The translations under genes were made by a program, and so were the position numbers. This document shows, piece after piece, positions 52,030 through 62,306 of a DNA stretch of 64,000 nucleotides. Every line of letters begins with the position of its first letter. Within the stretch, counting starts at the first letter, position 1. Origin of the DNA: an uncultured Gemmatimonadales bacterium (GTDB lineage Bacteria; Gemmatimonadota; Gemmatimonadetes; Gemmatimonadales; Gemmatimonadaceae). Under the pieces are notes generated by a model. The model had not been told where the DNA came from and ran no database searches. It worked only from the letters and a program-made list of their open reading frames with translations. The stretch lies in NCBI GenBank assembly GCA_963707505.1, contig CAVPQB010000003.1:224001-288000 (forward strand), given 5' to 3'.

Positions 52030-53196
52030 ATGGTGATGGCACAGGCTCCTATCTACCTCGACAACGCCGCGACCACTCCCGTACGTGAGGAAGTGTTCGA
52101 GGCGATGCGCCCGTTCTTTGGACCGAAGTTCGGCAACCCGTCTTCGATCCACAGCTTCGGCCGTGAAGCGCGTGCGGCACTGGATGAGGCGCGGGAGCGC
52201 CTGGCCACCTGTCTTGGGGCGCATCCGGACGAGGTGTCGTTCAACTCATGCGGCACCGAAGGCGATAACACCGCCGTACTCTGTCTGTGGCGCGCGATGC
52301 GCGAATCCGGACGCAACGCGGTCGTTACGACGCCGATCGAGCACAAGGCCGTGCTCGCCGCCGCACACGAAGTAGCGCACGAAGGCGGTGAGGAGCGCAT
52401 TCTCGACGTCGATTCGAATGGAGTCGTGGTCGATGCGTCGTTTGACGAGCATGTTCGCGATGACGTTGCAGTAACGAGCGTGATGTGGGTCAATAACGAG
52501 ACCGGCGTCATTCAGGACATCCCTGCTCTCGCGCAACGCGCAAAAAATCGTGGCGTTGCATTTCACACCGATGCTGTACAGGCGTTCGGCAAGGTTGTCG
52601 TTGATGCTCGCACACAGCCGTTCGATCTTCTCTCGATCTCCGGACACAAGATTGGCGCGCCCAAGGGTATCGGCGCGCTGTTCATTCGTCGGGGTACCGC
52701 GTTCGAGCCACTGATTCGCGGCGGTGCGCAGGATCGCGGACGCAGAGCTGGCACGGAGAACGTCGCGTATGTCGTCGGTCTTGCGACCGCCGCCGAGTTG
52801 GCTGTGGCGGAGCGCGAGCAGCACTGGAAGGAGACGGAGCACATGCGCGATCGCCTGCAGGAGTTGCTGCTGGCCGCGATTCCCGATGCAGTAGTGCACA
52901 GCCGCGGCGCGCGACGCGCTCCGCACGTGCTGAACATCTCCGTTCCGGGTACCGATAACGAGTCCATGCTGATGGCGCTCGACCTGCGCGGAATCGCATG
53001 CTCGGGTGGTAGTGCGTGTCAGAGTGGCAGCGTCACGCCGAGCCATGTACTGTCTGCGCTGGGCGTCGAGCCTGCGCTTGCGAATGCCGCGGTGCGGATG
53101 AGCTTCGGGCCGATCAACACCGAGGCGGATGTCGACCGCGTTGCGGATCTGTTTCCAAGGCTTGTGGCGAAAGCCAGGTCGATGGCCGCGGCCTGA
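52030..53196 (+). CDS. iscS: Cysteine desulfurase (IscS/NifS type)
   Basis: YLDNAATT, GNPSS, HTDAVQ, SGHKIGAPKG, SGGSAC. The start is 52030, 52033 or 52036. Confidence 0.92.
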   Translation: MVMAQAPIYLDNAATTPVREEVFEAMRPFFGPKFGNPSSIHSFGREARAALDEARERLATCLGAHPDEVSFNSCGTEGDNTAVLCLWRAMRESGRNAVVTTPIEHKAVLAAAHEVAHEGGEERILDVDSNGVVVDASFDEHVRDDVAVTSVMWVNNETGVIQDIPALAQRAKNRGVAFHTDAVQAFGKVVVDARTQPFDLLSISGHKIGAPKGIGALFIRRGTAFEPLIRGGAQDRGRRAGTENVAYVVGLATAAELAVAEREQHWKETEHMRDRLQELLLAAIPDAVVHSRGARRAPHVLNISVPGTDNESMLMALDLRGIACSGGSACQSGSVTPSHVLSALGVEPALANAAVRMSFGPINTEADVDRVADLFPRLVAKARSMAAA

Positions 53197-54302
53197 TGCT
53201 ACCGAATCGTGTCCTCGTCGCGATGTCGGGCGGCGTGGACTCCTCCGTCGCCGCCGCGCTGCTGGTGGAGCGCGGCTATGATGTCGTCGGTGTCACCATG
53301 AAGCTGTTTTCGGACGGGTCGGAGGTCCCCGATCGTCCGTGCTGCTCGCTCGATTCCGTCAACGATGCTCGGCGTGTTTGCGAGCGGCTTGGAATTCCGC
53401 ACTACGTGCTGAACATGGAGAGCCGCTTCGGCCACGATGTGATGGATGACTTCGTCGCGGAGTACGTCGCGGGCCGCACTCCGATTCCATGCGTGCGCTG
53501 CAACACGTTCACGAAGTTCCGCGATCTGCTGCACACCGCTGACAGCATCGACGCTCAGTGGATAGCGACCGGACATTACGCACGCGTACGTGATGGTGAG
53601 CTGCTGCGCGGTAGCGATGACGCGAAGGATCAGACGTACTTCCTCTGGGGGATCGATCGCGCGGTGATCTCGCGCATGATTCTTCCCGTCGGCGACATGA
53701 CGAAGAGTGAGACACGTGCTATCGCGACGCGGCTCGGCCTGACGATGGTCGCCAACAAGGCCGACAGCCAGGAGATCTGTTTCGTCCCCGATGGTGATTA
53801 CGTGAAGGTGATCGCGCAACGCGCTGGCGCCGATTCGCCAGCGTTGCAGCGCGGACCGATCGTGCACAGCGACGGCCGCGTGCTCGGCGAGCATGATGGG
53901 TACGCGCGGTTCACAGTCGGGCAGCGACGCGGCCTACCGGGCGGGTTTGCGGATCCGCTGTTCGTCGTGGCGATACGGCCGGAGGACCGCGCGGTGATAG
54001 TCGGGCCGCGCGACGAACTGCTTGGCACACGCGTGGCGGCTACTGAAGTGAACTGGCTTGTAGAGACGCCACCCCTTCCGGGCGATGCGGTGCAGGTACG
54101 CATCCGTCATCGCTCACCGCTCGCACACGGTGTGATACTGCGCGCGGAAGATGGCGAAGTCGAGATTGCTCTCGATGAAGCTGTCGTCGCGATATCGCCC
54201 GGACAGTCGCTGGTGATCTACAGCGATGACCGACTGCTGGGCGGCGGATTCATCGCTTCGCCGCGCCGCGCGCGGACGGAACTGCCACTGCTGGTGGGAT
54301 AG
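53196..54302 (+). CDS. mnmA: tRNA 2-thiouridylase MnmA
   Basis: AMSGGVDSSV, GRTPIPCVRCN, ATGHYA, KDQTYFL, DSQEICF, PGQ. Confidence 0.96.
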   Translation: MLPNRVLVAMSGGVDSSVAAALLVERGYDVVGVTMKLFSDGSEVPDRPCCSLDSVNDARRVCERLGIPHYVLNMESRFGHDVMDDFVAEYVAGRTPIPCVRCNTFTKFRDLLHTADSIDAQWIATGHYARVRDGELLRGSDDAKDQTYFLWGIDRAVISRMILPVGDMTKSETRAIATRLGLTMVANKADSQEICFVPDGDYVKVIAQRAGADSPALQRGPIVHSDGRVLGEHDGYARFTVGQRRGLPGGFADPLFVVAIRPEDRAVIVGPRDELLGTRVAATEVNWLVETPPLPGDAVQVRIRHRSPLAHGVILRAEDGEVEIALDEAVVAISPGQSLVIYSDDRLLGGGFIASPRRARTELPLLVG

Positions 54303-54304
54303 GG

Positions 54305-54334
54305 GGGCAGGCGCGCGATATATCCGCGCCCTAC
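54305..54334 (-). repeat. REP-like palindrome, copy 2 (GTAG-headed)
   Basis: Minus strand reads GTAG-GGCGCG-GATATATCG-CGCGCC; lies between the convergent mnmA and dnaJ. Confidence 0.5.
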
Positions 54335-54363
54335 GCATGACCACCAATTCGGCGCGTGGTCAG

Positions 54364-55512
54364 TTAGTATTTCAACCCGCCCGCCTCCGCGAACTCGCGC
54401 ATCATCTTTTCCTGCTCTTCCGTCAGATTCTCTGGCGCGGCGATCGTTACCTCGACTATCAGATCGCCTTTCTCATTGCCTTTCTGCACGCCCTGGCCGC
54501 GCACGCGAAACCGCTTGCCGCTCGGCGTGCCAGACGGAATCTTGATCGCGACCTTTCTGTCGTCGATCGTGCGCACACTGATGCGCGACCCGAGCGTCGC
54601 CTGCGCGATGTTGAGCGGAACGGACGCAATGAGGTCGAGTCCTTCGCGCTTGAAGAAACGGTCCGGCTGCACGACGAATTCGACGATGAGATCTCCGGCT
54701 GGGCCGCCATTTGCGCCGCGCCCACCCTGCCCCTTGAGCCGCACCTTGGTGCCGCTGTCGGAACCAGGAGGTACGGTGATCATCACCTTCTTTCGAGTGC
54801 GAACCTCACCGCTTCCATTGCACGTCGGACACGGCTGCGACGGCACCTGTCCGCGACCGAGACAGACAGGACACGGTCGATTCACCGCGAAGCCGCCCTG
54901 GCCGAACGAAACGGTGCCGCGGCCGGAGCACTCGGGACAGATTCGCATCGATGCGCCGGGCGCAGCACCACTGCCGTGGCACGTCGGACATTCTTCGGTA
55001 ACCTCGAGCGTCACCGGAATCTTGCCACCCTTTACCGCGGTGCGGAACGGCACTTCGACCTGCGTCTCGACACTCTGCCCGCGCTCGGGTGCGCGGCCGC
55101 GACCACCGGCGCCGGCCGGTCCTCGTCCCGACTGATTGAAGATCGAGCTGAACAAATCACCCAGCCCGCCCAGTCCGCCGATGTCGACGTTGCTGAAGTC
55201 GAATCCGGCCGCGCCGGACCCGGCCCCTGGGCGGCCGGCCGAAAAGCCCCCGGGAGACCCGCCCCGGGCGCCGCTGAAGCCTTCGAACGCGCCGAGCCGG
55301 CGCATCTCGTCGTATTGCTTCCGCTTCTCGACGTCACCGAGGACGTTGTTCGCCTCGGAGATCTCCTTGAAGCGCTCCGCAGCTTTCGGGTCGTTCGCGT
55401 TTGCGTCGGGATGGTACTGCTTGGCGAGCTTGCGATAGGTCTTCTTGATCTCGTCCTGAGAGGCGCTGGACGAGACGCCAAGCACACCGTAGAAATCCTT
55501 CGTCTGGGCCAC
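54364..55512 (-). CDS. dnaJ: Chaperone DnaJ (class A)
   Basis: J-domain HPD, G/F-rich linker, four CxxCxGxG repeats. Confidence 0.95.
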   Translation of the reverse strand: MAQTKDFYGVLGVSSSASQDEIKKTYRKLAKQYHPDANANDPKAAERFKEISEANNVLGDVEKRKQYDEMRRLGAFEGFSGARGGSPGGFSAGRPGAGSGAAGFDFSNVDIGGLGGLGDLFSSIFNQSGRGPAGAGGRGRAPERGQSVETQVEVPFRTAVKGGKIPVTLEVTEECPTCHGSGAAPGASMRICPECSGRGTVSFGQGGFAVNRPCPVCLGRGQVPSQPCPTCNGSGEVRTRKKVMITVPPGSDSGTKVRLKGQGGRGANGGPAGDLIVEFVVQPDRFFKREGLDLIASVPLNIAQATLGSRISVRTIDDRKVAIKIPSGTPSGKRFRVRGQGVQKGNEKGDLIVEVTIAAPENLTEEQEKMMREFAEAGGLKY

Positions 55513-55516
55513 GTGC

Positions 55517-56074
55517 TTACTGGTACTGCTTGACGACTACGCGCGCCGGCCGGATCAGCTGGCCATTGAGCATGTAGCCGCGCTGATAAACCTGCGCGAC
55601 CATGTGATCTTCGTCCGGCGTGTCGGCGGCCTGCGTCGACACTGCCTCGTGCAGATTGGGATCGAACGGCAGCTCCACCGGATCGATCACCTCGACGCCC
55701 ACACTGGTGAGCGCCTTGAGCATGTTACGCTCGACCATCTCCACACCGGTGACCAGCGTCGCGCAGTCAGTCACAGCGGGGTCAACGTGCGCAAAGCGCG
55801 ACAGATCATCCAGCGAGTCGAGCAACATCTTGATGAGATCGGCCTGCCCCCGCGCACGCGCCTGCTGTGCTTCCTTCGCCGTGCGCTTGCGGTAGTTGTC
55901 ATACTCGGCGGCAAGACGCAGGTAGCGGTCGCGCTGAGCCTCGAGCGCGCCGATCTCTTCGACGTCGCCGCGCGGCCGCGCATCGGCCTGTTCAGTCGAC
56001 GCTGAAGGTTGCTGGCTGGCATCTTCTGACGGGAAATTGCCGGACTCGTTTTCAGACGGATTTTCGTTTTGCAT
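55517..56074 (-). CDS. grpE: Nucleotide exchange factor GrpE
   Basis: RLAAEYDNYRKR, FDPNLHEAV, GYMLNGQLIRPARVVV. Confidence 0.95.
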   Translation of the reverse strand: MQNENPSENESGNFPSEDASQQPSASTEQADARPRGDVEEIGALEAQRDRYLRLAAEYDNYRKRTAKEAQQARARGQADLIKMLLDSLDDLSRFAHVDPAVTDCATLVTGVEMVERNMLKALTSVGVEVIDPVELPFDPNLHEAVSTQAADTPDEDHMVAQVYQRGYMLNGQLIRPARVVVKQYQ

Positions 56075-56075
56075 T

Positions 56076-57392
56076 TCAGATTGCTGACGTTTTGGGCAGA
56101 TCCCGAACTGTACGGCGTATCATATCGAGTGCCGCCTGCGCGGCCCGGTAGCGAATCTCGTCGCGATTTCCAATAAAGTGGAAAACTCGTGCCTTGGCGT
56201 ACGGAGTGATAGGGGGCTCGCCATCCGGACGTGGAATCGGCGGCCTCCCCTCTGAGACATCGACAGCTATCCAAACGGTTCCTACTGGTTTTTCAGGAGT
56301 TCCGCCTCCGGGCCCCGCGATTCCCGTGATTGATACCCCGATCTCGGTTCCAAGTCGCACCCGGATTCCCTTGGCCATCTGCAACGCAACGGGCTCGCTC
56401 ACGGCCCCCTGCTCCGCCAGATCGGAATCCAGGACACCGAGGAGCTGCCGCTTGACACGATTGTCGTATGCGATGAGACCGCCGTGGAATACGTCGCTCG
56501 CGCCTGGCACATCGGTGATGTGCGCACCGAGCATTCCACCCGTGCAGCTTTCGGCGACCGCGATGCGCATGTTCGAATCGCGGCAGATGTCGATCACGGC
56601 CGATGCGAGACTCGCGCTGCCATCCCCGTAAATCACGTCGCCGAGTCTGTCGCGGAGGATACGAGCGCCTTCTGTGAGTGCCGCGTCGGCATCCACGGAT
56701 GAGCGGCCCTTCGATGTGAGACGCAGATCGACACCGGCAATTCCCGGAAGAAAGGCGAGCGACAATCCGTTGACGCCCTTTCCAATCTCGCCGAGCTTGT
56801 CCGCGATCGACGATTCGCCGACGCCGATCGTGCGCAACGTCATCGATCTTATGACGGTACCGTCGCCGGCAAGCTCCGCGATGCGCGGACGCAGCGATTC
56901 CATGAACATCGTGCGCGCTTCACGTGGCACGCCCGGCAGTGTCGCGACCCAACGTCCGCGCTCATCGGTAACCAGCACGCCCGGCGCGGAGCCGACGGGG
57001 TTCGCAACGATCTCGGCGCCGCGTGGGATCATCGCCTGCTTGTAGTTGCTCACTGGCATCGGTCCCTTGCGCGCGTACGTGATCCAGCGCTGCTCGAGCC
57101 ATTGTGCAATCGAGTCGTCGCGCACCAGCTCGCGATCGAACAGCTTCGCAACGGCTTCGACCGTCATGTCGTCGGCGGTCGGGCCAAGGCCGCCTGTAGT
57201 GATAACTGCTCCCGTGCGGTCCATTGCTTCGTGGAGCGTCTCGACAATGATGCCGATGTCATCGCCACACGTGGTGTGACGCGCGACGGTTACTCCGAGA
57301 TTCGCAAGCTCGCGGCCGAGGAAGCCGCTGTTCGTATCGATGGTAAAGCCAAGCAGGAGCTCATCACCGATTGTTACGATTTCGACGTTCAA
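56076..57392 (-). CDS. cinA: CinA (MocF-like + PncC NMN deamidase)
   Basis: IGDELLLG, TGGLGPTADD, LPGVPRE, AESCTGG, TGIAGPGGG. Confidence 0.94.
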   Translation of the reverse strand: MNVEIVTIGDELLLGFTIDTNSGFLGRELANLGVTVARHTTCGDDIGIIVETLHEAMDRTGAVITTGGLGPTADDMTVEAVAKLFDRELVRDDSIAQWLEQRWITYARKGPMPVSNYKQAMIPRGAEIVANPVGSAPGVLVTDERGRWVATLPGVPREARTMFMESLRPRIAELAGDGTVIRSMTLRTIGVGESSIADKLGEIGKGVNGLSLAFLPGIAGVDLRLTSKGRSSVDADAALTEGARILRDRLGDVIYGDGSASLASAVIDICRDSNMRIAVAESCTGGMLGAHITDVPGASDVFHGGLIAYDNRVKRQLLGVLDSDLAEQGAVSEPVALQMAKGIRVRLGTEIGVSITGIAGPGGGTPEKPVGTVWIAVDVSEGRPPIPRPDGEPPITPYAKARVFHFIGNRDEIRYRAAQAALDMIRRTVRDLPKTSAI

Positions 57393-57452
57393 TTGCAGGA
57401 CCGGTCAATCGTAAGGTGTGTCGCGCGATCGGTATACGGCGCGGCGTACTCG

Positions 57453-58133
57453 TCAGCGTGTCTGGCCCGCGAAGACGCGCGCGTACTGCCGCACGTAGAG
57501 CCACAATGAGTACAATGTAAGCACTACGGCGGTGACCATGGCGAGTGCGCCGACGGTTCCGTTGAACTCGGCGAACGCATGCCACGCTGTGGAATCCCAG
57601 CCGCGTTCGTTCGCGATGGTCAGGGCGCCGAACCAGAAGAATGCGCTGCCCACCCAGAGCGACTGGAACGCGGTCTTCCACTTGGCAGGGCCGATCGCGG
57701 AGATCACGTGCCCGCGGCGGGCGGCGGCCTGACGGAAGAGCATCATGAAGACCTCGCGGCTCACGATGATGAGCACAACCCACCACGGCAGGGGAACGGA
57801 GCCGACCGGCGTCATGAACGCGAAGTGCGACGCCTCGCCGCTCCGGTCGAGCAACGGCGCCATCCAGTTGGCGCGTCCCGCCATCAGGATGCTCATTGGA
57901 ATGAGCGTCGCGAACAGGAGCAGCTTGTCGGCCAGCGGGTCGAGCAGACGGCCGGTGTCGGTCACGCTGTTCCGCGTCCGGGCGAGATGGCCGTCCACGT
58001 AGTCGGTTACTGCCGCGATGACGTAGAGAACGAACGCCGAGTACCGGATCGTGGACGATGGAAAGAACGGGAGCACCCCTATGAAAGGAGCCGCCGCGAT
58101 TCGTCCCACGGTTATGGCATTCGGAAGATTCAT
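57453..58133 (-). CDS. pgsA: CDP-alcohol phosphatidyltransferase (PgsA-like)
   Basis: MNLPNAIT, TDYVDGHLAR, GRLLDPLADK, KWKTAFQ. Confidence 0.88.
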   Translation of the reverse strand: MNLPNAITVGRIAAAPFIGVLPFFPSSTIRYSAFVLYVIAAVTDYVDGHLARTRNSVTDTGRLLDPLADKLLLFATLIPMSILMAGRANWMAPLLDRSGEASHFAFMTPVGSVPLPWWVVLIIVSREVFMMLFRQAAARRGHVISAIGPAKWKTAFQSLWVGSAFFWFGALTIANERGWDSTAWHAFAEFNGTVGALAMVTAVVLTLYSLWLYVRQYARVFAGQTR

Positions 58134-58138
58134 TTCCC

Positions 58139-58816
58139 TTACGCTAGCGACTTCAGCACCATTTTGCTAACTGCCTTGAGTGTATCAAACACTCCGTCGC
58201 CCTGAACCGCAACCGCCTCGAAATAGGGAGCCCGCCCGACCCATTCTCCGGTGGAGATCTGCTCGGTGAGATTTTCGTTGGCGTGATAGGGATCGGGGGT
58301 GAGAATCTGGCGGCTGGAGTCGTCGACTTCCCAGCCGGGATTCAGGTTTTCCTGGAGCTGTTGCAGCGGCGCGGCGTTCGACAGATCACGTTTGTTGTAC
58401 TGAATGACGAACGGCATCTTGGTGAGATCGTAGCCGTATTCCGCCATGTTGTCGTACAGATTCTGCATCGACTCGAGATTGGCTTCGGTGCGATCCAGCT
58501 GCGAGTCGGCGACGAAGACGACTCCGTCGACGTTCTTGAGGATCAGCTTGCGGCTCGCATTGTAGTAAACCTGTCCGGGCACCGTGTACAGATGGAACCG
58601 CGTCTTGAATCCGCGGATGGTGCCGAGGTCTACCGGCAGGAAGTCGAAGAAGAGAGTGCGCTCGGTTTCGGTCGCGAGCGAGATGAGCTTGCCGCGAGTA
58701 TCAGGCTTGACCTTGCCGTAGATGAACTCGAGGTTGGTCGTCTTGCCGCCCAGTCCGGGACCGTAGTACACGATCTTGCAGTTGATCTCGCGGGACGCGT
58801 AGTTGATCATCGACAT
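58139..58816 (-). CDS. mglA: Small Ras-like GTPase MglA
   Basis: [37 protein letters not shown]. Confidence 0.95.
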   Translation of the reverse strand: MSMINYASREINCKIVYYGPGLGGKTTNLEFIYGKVKPDTRGKLISLATETERTLFFDFLPVDLGTIRGFKTRFHLYTVPGQVYYNASRKLILKNVDGVVFVADSQLDRTEANLESMQNLYDNMAEYGYDLTKMPFVIQYNKRDLSNAAPLQQLQENLNPGWEVDDSSRQILTPDPYHANENLTEQISTGEWVGRAPYFEAVAVQGDGVFDTLKAVSKMVLKSLA

Positions 58817-58822
58817 CGCGCG

Positions 58823-59335
58823 CTACCAGTTGAAGAGCTCGTCGATTTCCGCATCTGCCCCATGTAGCAGATTCGGACGAGACGGCTTTTCTTCGCGCGA
58901 GCGCGAGAAGATCGCGTCAATCACCACAGTCAATTCCTGAACGGCCTGTTTCATTCGTAGTCGTACGAGCCCCAGGGTTGTACGGTTATCGAAGAGGACC
59001 ACGAGGATGAGCCGGCGCGCAACATCCGCGAGGTAGATGGATTCCTTCTCGCCCTGATGAAACAAGGTGCTGAAGTCGCTCTCTCCAACAAGTTTCGCTA
59101 GCTGATCGTTGGCGCTGAAATCGGCAGCTGTGAGGGTCGCGAAAGTCGTCGGGTCGAAGGTCGGCTGCTCGCCGACGGTCGCCACGAGCTGGCCGGACCG
59201 ATCGACCAGCAGCGCGGAGCGCGAGTTGGTATCGGCCAGGAATCGCTGGAGCGAGTGGGTAATGGCGACGGAATCATCTTCCGTGAACGACCACGTGCCC
59301 GACCCGCCTGACTTCGCGCTACCACCTGCCATCAT
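58823..59335 (-). CDS. mglB: Roadblock/LC7 protein MglB (GAP)
   Basis: LLVDRSGQL, LFHQGEKES, TTLGLVRL, acidic DAEIDELF tail; directly upstream of mglA. Confidence 0.93.
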   Translation of the reverse strand: MMAGGSAKSGGSGTWSFTEDDSVAITHSLQRFLADTNSRSALLVDRSGQLVATVGEQPTFDPTTFATLTAADFSANDQLAKLVGESDFSTLFHQGEKESIYLADVARRLILVVLFDNRTTLGLVRLRMKQAVQELTVVIDAIFSRSREEKPSRPNLLHGADAEIDELFNW

Positions 59336-59346
59336 TCTATCTCCAT

Positions 59347-59616
59347 CTAGGCCAGAGCCCTTTCAACGTGCTTGAGTAGCCGCACCGCCCGTCCTCGAAG
59401 CATCGGACGGGGCTCCCAGGCGATGTACTCGCGCAGAAGGTGGGCTGTGGCAACGGTCGGTTGCCCGGACAGGTGCCCGAGAGCAGCGAGCCGCCTCACA
59501 GGATGACGACTGAACAGGTCTCTTCGGTACGCGTGCTGTGCACCGGACCAGGTCGCGAGACCTGTCACAAGGCCGCCGAGCAGGCCGGCGACGAACCAAT
59601 CACGATTCTTACTCAT
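59347..59616 (-). CDS. Small hypothetical membrane protein
   Basis: 89 aa; Gly-rich N-terminal TM and basic helical tail; fills the recR-mglB gap. Confidence 0.65.
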   Translation of the reverse strand: MSKNRDWFVAGLLGGLVTGLATWSGAQHAYRRDLFSRHPVRRLAALGHLSGQPTVATAHLLREYIAWEPRPMLRGRAVRLLKHVERALA

Positions 59617-59625
59617 TTGACACCG

Positions 59626-60218
59626 TCATTGCATGACTCTCCGTGCCGACAGAGCCTGGGCTATGGTCACCCCGTCAGCGTACTCCAGATCGCCACCGAC
59701 CGGGAGCCCGCGGGCAATCCGTGAAACGGTCAGCGGGTAGCCAGCGAGCCGTCGCTGAAGGTATAGCGCGGTCGCCTCTCCCTCGATGCTGGGATTGGTC
59801 GCAATTATCAGCTTCGCGCACTCCACCGGCAGCCACGCGCGCCTCCAGGTCACCGACAGCCAGGTCCTCGGGACCGATGCCGTCAAGCGGAGAGAGCCGG
59901 CCACCCAGGACGTGGTAGGTGCCGCGAAACTCGCCCGACCGCTCGATCGCACCGATATCCGACGCCTCCTCCACTGCGCAGACGAGCGCCGGATCTCGCG
60001 CGCGTATCGAGGCAGATCGAGCAGAGCTCGTTCTCGGTGAGGTTATGGCAGCGGGCGCACGGATGTACGCGCTCCGAAATCGTTACCAGCGCGTCTGCGA
60101 GTCTGCGGGTCTGGCCGGCGGGCTGCTTGAGCAGGTGATACGTGAGCCGCATCGCCGTCTTGCGGCCAATTCCGGGCAACTTCGAGAGCTCGGTCGCGAG
60201 GTCTTCTATCGCTGACAC
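59626..60218 (-). CDS. recR: Recombination mediator RecR (frameshift near 59995)
   Basis: [10 protein letters not shown]4 zinc finger, [30 protein letters not shown], spread across overlapping ORFs. Confidence 0.93.
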
Positions 60219-60536
60219 TCAGAACGGGAGCTTGAACGGTAGATCCAGGCCGCCGGTAAGCTTGCCCATCTCGGACTTGGCCAGTTCGGCAGCCTTTTTC
60301 TGCGCGTCGCGAACAGCGACCATCACGAGATCTTCGAGCATTTCCACGTCGGTGGGATTCACGACGCTCGGATCGATCTTCACTCGTGTGACCTGTCCCT
60401 TTCCGTCGGCAGTGACGGTCACCATGCCGCCGCCGGCAGTTGCAGAAACGGTCTGCTTCTCCAGCTCTTCCTGGATTTCCTGCAAGCGACTCTGCATCTG
60501 CTGCGCCTGCTGCATCATCTTCATGAAGTCAGCCAT
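60219..60536 (-). CDS. ybaB: YbaB/EbfC nucleoid-associated protein
   Basis: MMQQAQQMQ, AGGGMVTV, DVEMLEDLV; between dnaX and recR. Confidence 0.93.
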   Translation of the reverse strand: MADFMKMMQQAQQMQSRLQEIQEELEKQTVSATAGGGMVTVTADGKGQVTRVKIDPSVVNPTDVEMLEDLVMVAVRDAQKKAAELAKSEMGKLTGGLDLPFKLPF

Positions 60537-60560
60537 ATAGGAATCTAAAGAGTTGTACTC

Positions 60561-62053
60561 TCAGTCGAGCAATTCGAGGTCGAGCGCGTCGATTGCCGCA
60601 CCCAGTACCGGATCTTTCGCGCGCAGCATGCTGAGCACGCTCCGACCTCAGCTGATCGTCACTGAGTCGCTGAGGCGGTTCGATCCTGCGCCGACGCCTC
60701 CATGGCCGAGCGCATTCGCGCAGCAGAGCCTCGTTGACTGGCGCCGACCGGCGGAGCGGCGTTGTAGGGAGCGCGTCGGCGCTTCAGCAGGGCGGATAGC
60801 CGGCTTGCTACTGGCCGCGGTGCCGCGCGAACCGAGTCCGGTGCTGGCTCAGGTGCGCGCAATCGTTGCGCGCCAATCTCGATTGAGCACCGACGCCACC
60901 CGGCGCGCCGCCAGGACCGATACCGCGCAGAACTTCTTCGAGCGACAACGTGTGATCGAGCAACGCGAAACGCACCAGCAGCAACTCGATCAACAATTGC
61001 TGCTGGCCGCTCTTCCGGAATCGCGGCTCGAGGTCGCTCAAGACGTTGAGCATGCGAAGCACATCGCCGGATGCCAGCCGGTCCGAATTGGCGCGCAGGC
61101 GGTCGGTTGCGGCTGCCGAAACGTCCGGAACGCTTCCGCCGAGCAGAACTGCGAGCTGCGCGCGCAGAACGTCGGCGAATCCGGAGAGAAAGATTCCGAA
61201 GTCAACACCCTCGTCAGCAAGGCGGCGTACAGCGGCAAATACATCTCCGGCGCGGCGCTCGAACGATGATGTCGAGAATATCGAGGAATTCGTCTTCCGG
61301 TACCAGGCCGAGCGCTTCGCGAACGCGCTTCCGCCGTCACGCTGCCTTCGCCGAGTGACATCACCTGATCGGTGAGCGAGAGCGCGTCGCGCATCGAGCC
61401 GTCGGCGGCGCGCGCGATCATCGATCAACGCTTCGGGCTCGCGCGGAATCTTCTCCTCGTCCGAGAATGTACTCGAGGCGGCGCGATGATGTCCGCTGCG
61501 TCCGATGCGCTTGAGATCGAAGCGCTGGAGCCGGCTGAGCACGGGCGCGGCCGTCTGCGCGATCTTCTGCGGCTCGGTCGTCGCGAAGACGAATATGACG
61601 CGCGGCGGCGGCTCCTCGAGAATCTTGAGCAGCGCGTTCCACGCTTCGCGCGTGAGCATGTGCGCTTCGTCGACGATGTAGACCTTGTAGCGATCGTCGC
61701 CGGACGGCGCGTACATCGCGCGCTCGCGCAGGTCGCGCGCATCGTCGACGCCGCGGTTGGATGCAGCGTCGATCTCGACGACATCGAGACTCGACGAGCC
61801 ACTCCAGATGCGCTGGCAGCTGGTGCACACGCCGCACGGCTCGCCGTCAGCGCTGCTTGTTCTCGCAGTTGAGCGCCATCGCGAGGACGCGAGCGAGCGT
61901 CGTCTTGCCCGTTCCGCGCGGACCGCAGAGGAGATATCCGTGCGCAACCCGATCGCGCGCGATTGCGCCTCTCAGCGTGTTCGACACGTGGCCTTGGACG
62001 GCCACGTCGGCGAACGAGCGCGGGCGGTATTTGCGGGCTAGTGCGAGGGCCAT
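60561..62053 (-). CDS. dnaX: DNA polymerase III subunit gamma/tau (multiple frameshifts)
   Basis: LARKYRP, GPRGTGKTT, EIDAASNRG, DEAHML, LKILEEPP, GSMRDALS and C-terminal KDPVLGAAIDALDLELLD, across several frames. Confidence 0.9.
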
Positions 62054-62120
62054 GCGTCTGGTTTGCGGGGCGACACCCGCCCTTCGGAAGGTCCCGCGAG
62101 CGAGGCGGGATGAAGGGGGG

Positions 62121-62218
62121 CTCCAGGGAATCGGGGCAACGCAAGACACCGCATGCCGCTGCTACCTTCGGGGTCCTGACGGGGTTAGTGGGCTCGCGCC
62201 CCCCGGAAATCCCTGGAA
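62121..62218 (-). ncRNA. ffs: Signal recognition particle RNA (small bacterial type)
   Basis: Minus strand contains TCAGGACCCCGAAGGTAGCAGC (domain IV motif), closed by TCCAGGGA/TCCCTGGA. Upstream of dnaX, with a TATATT -10 at 62227-62232. Confidence 0.9.
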
Positions 62219-62306
62219 TATTCCGAAATATAACCGTCGCAACCGCTCACAGGTTGCAAGTTGTGACCGGCCCGCGAGGCGGGCCGGCGCGTGCAGCAAA
62301 GGCTTC

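Noticed and set aside
54364..56074. Complete hrcA-grpE-dnaK-dnaJ heat-shock operon or CIRCE element
   Set aside because: dnaK and hrcA are absent, and I saw no TTAGCACTC-N9-GAGTGCTAA inverted repeat.
60561..62053. Programmed frameshift producing DnaX gamma/tau
   Set aside because: There is no A-AAA-AAG or long poly-A slippery site. The shifts are multiple and fall inside the conserved AAA+ core, consistent with sequencing error.
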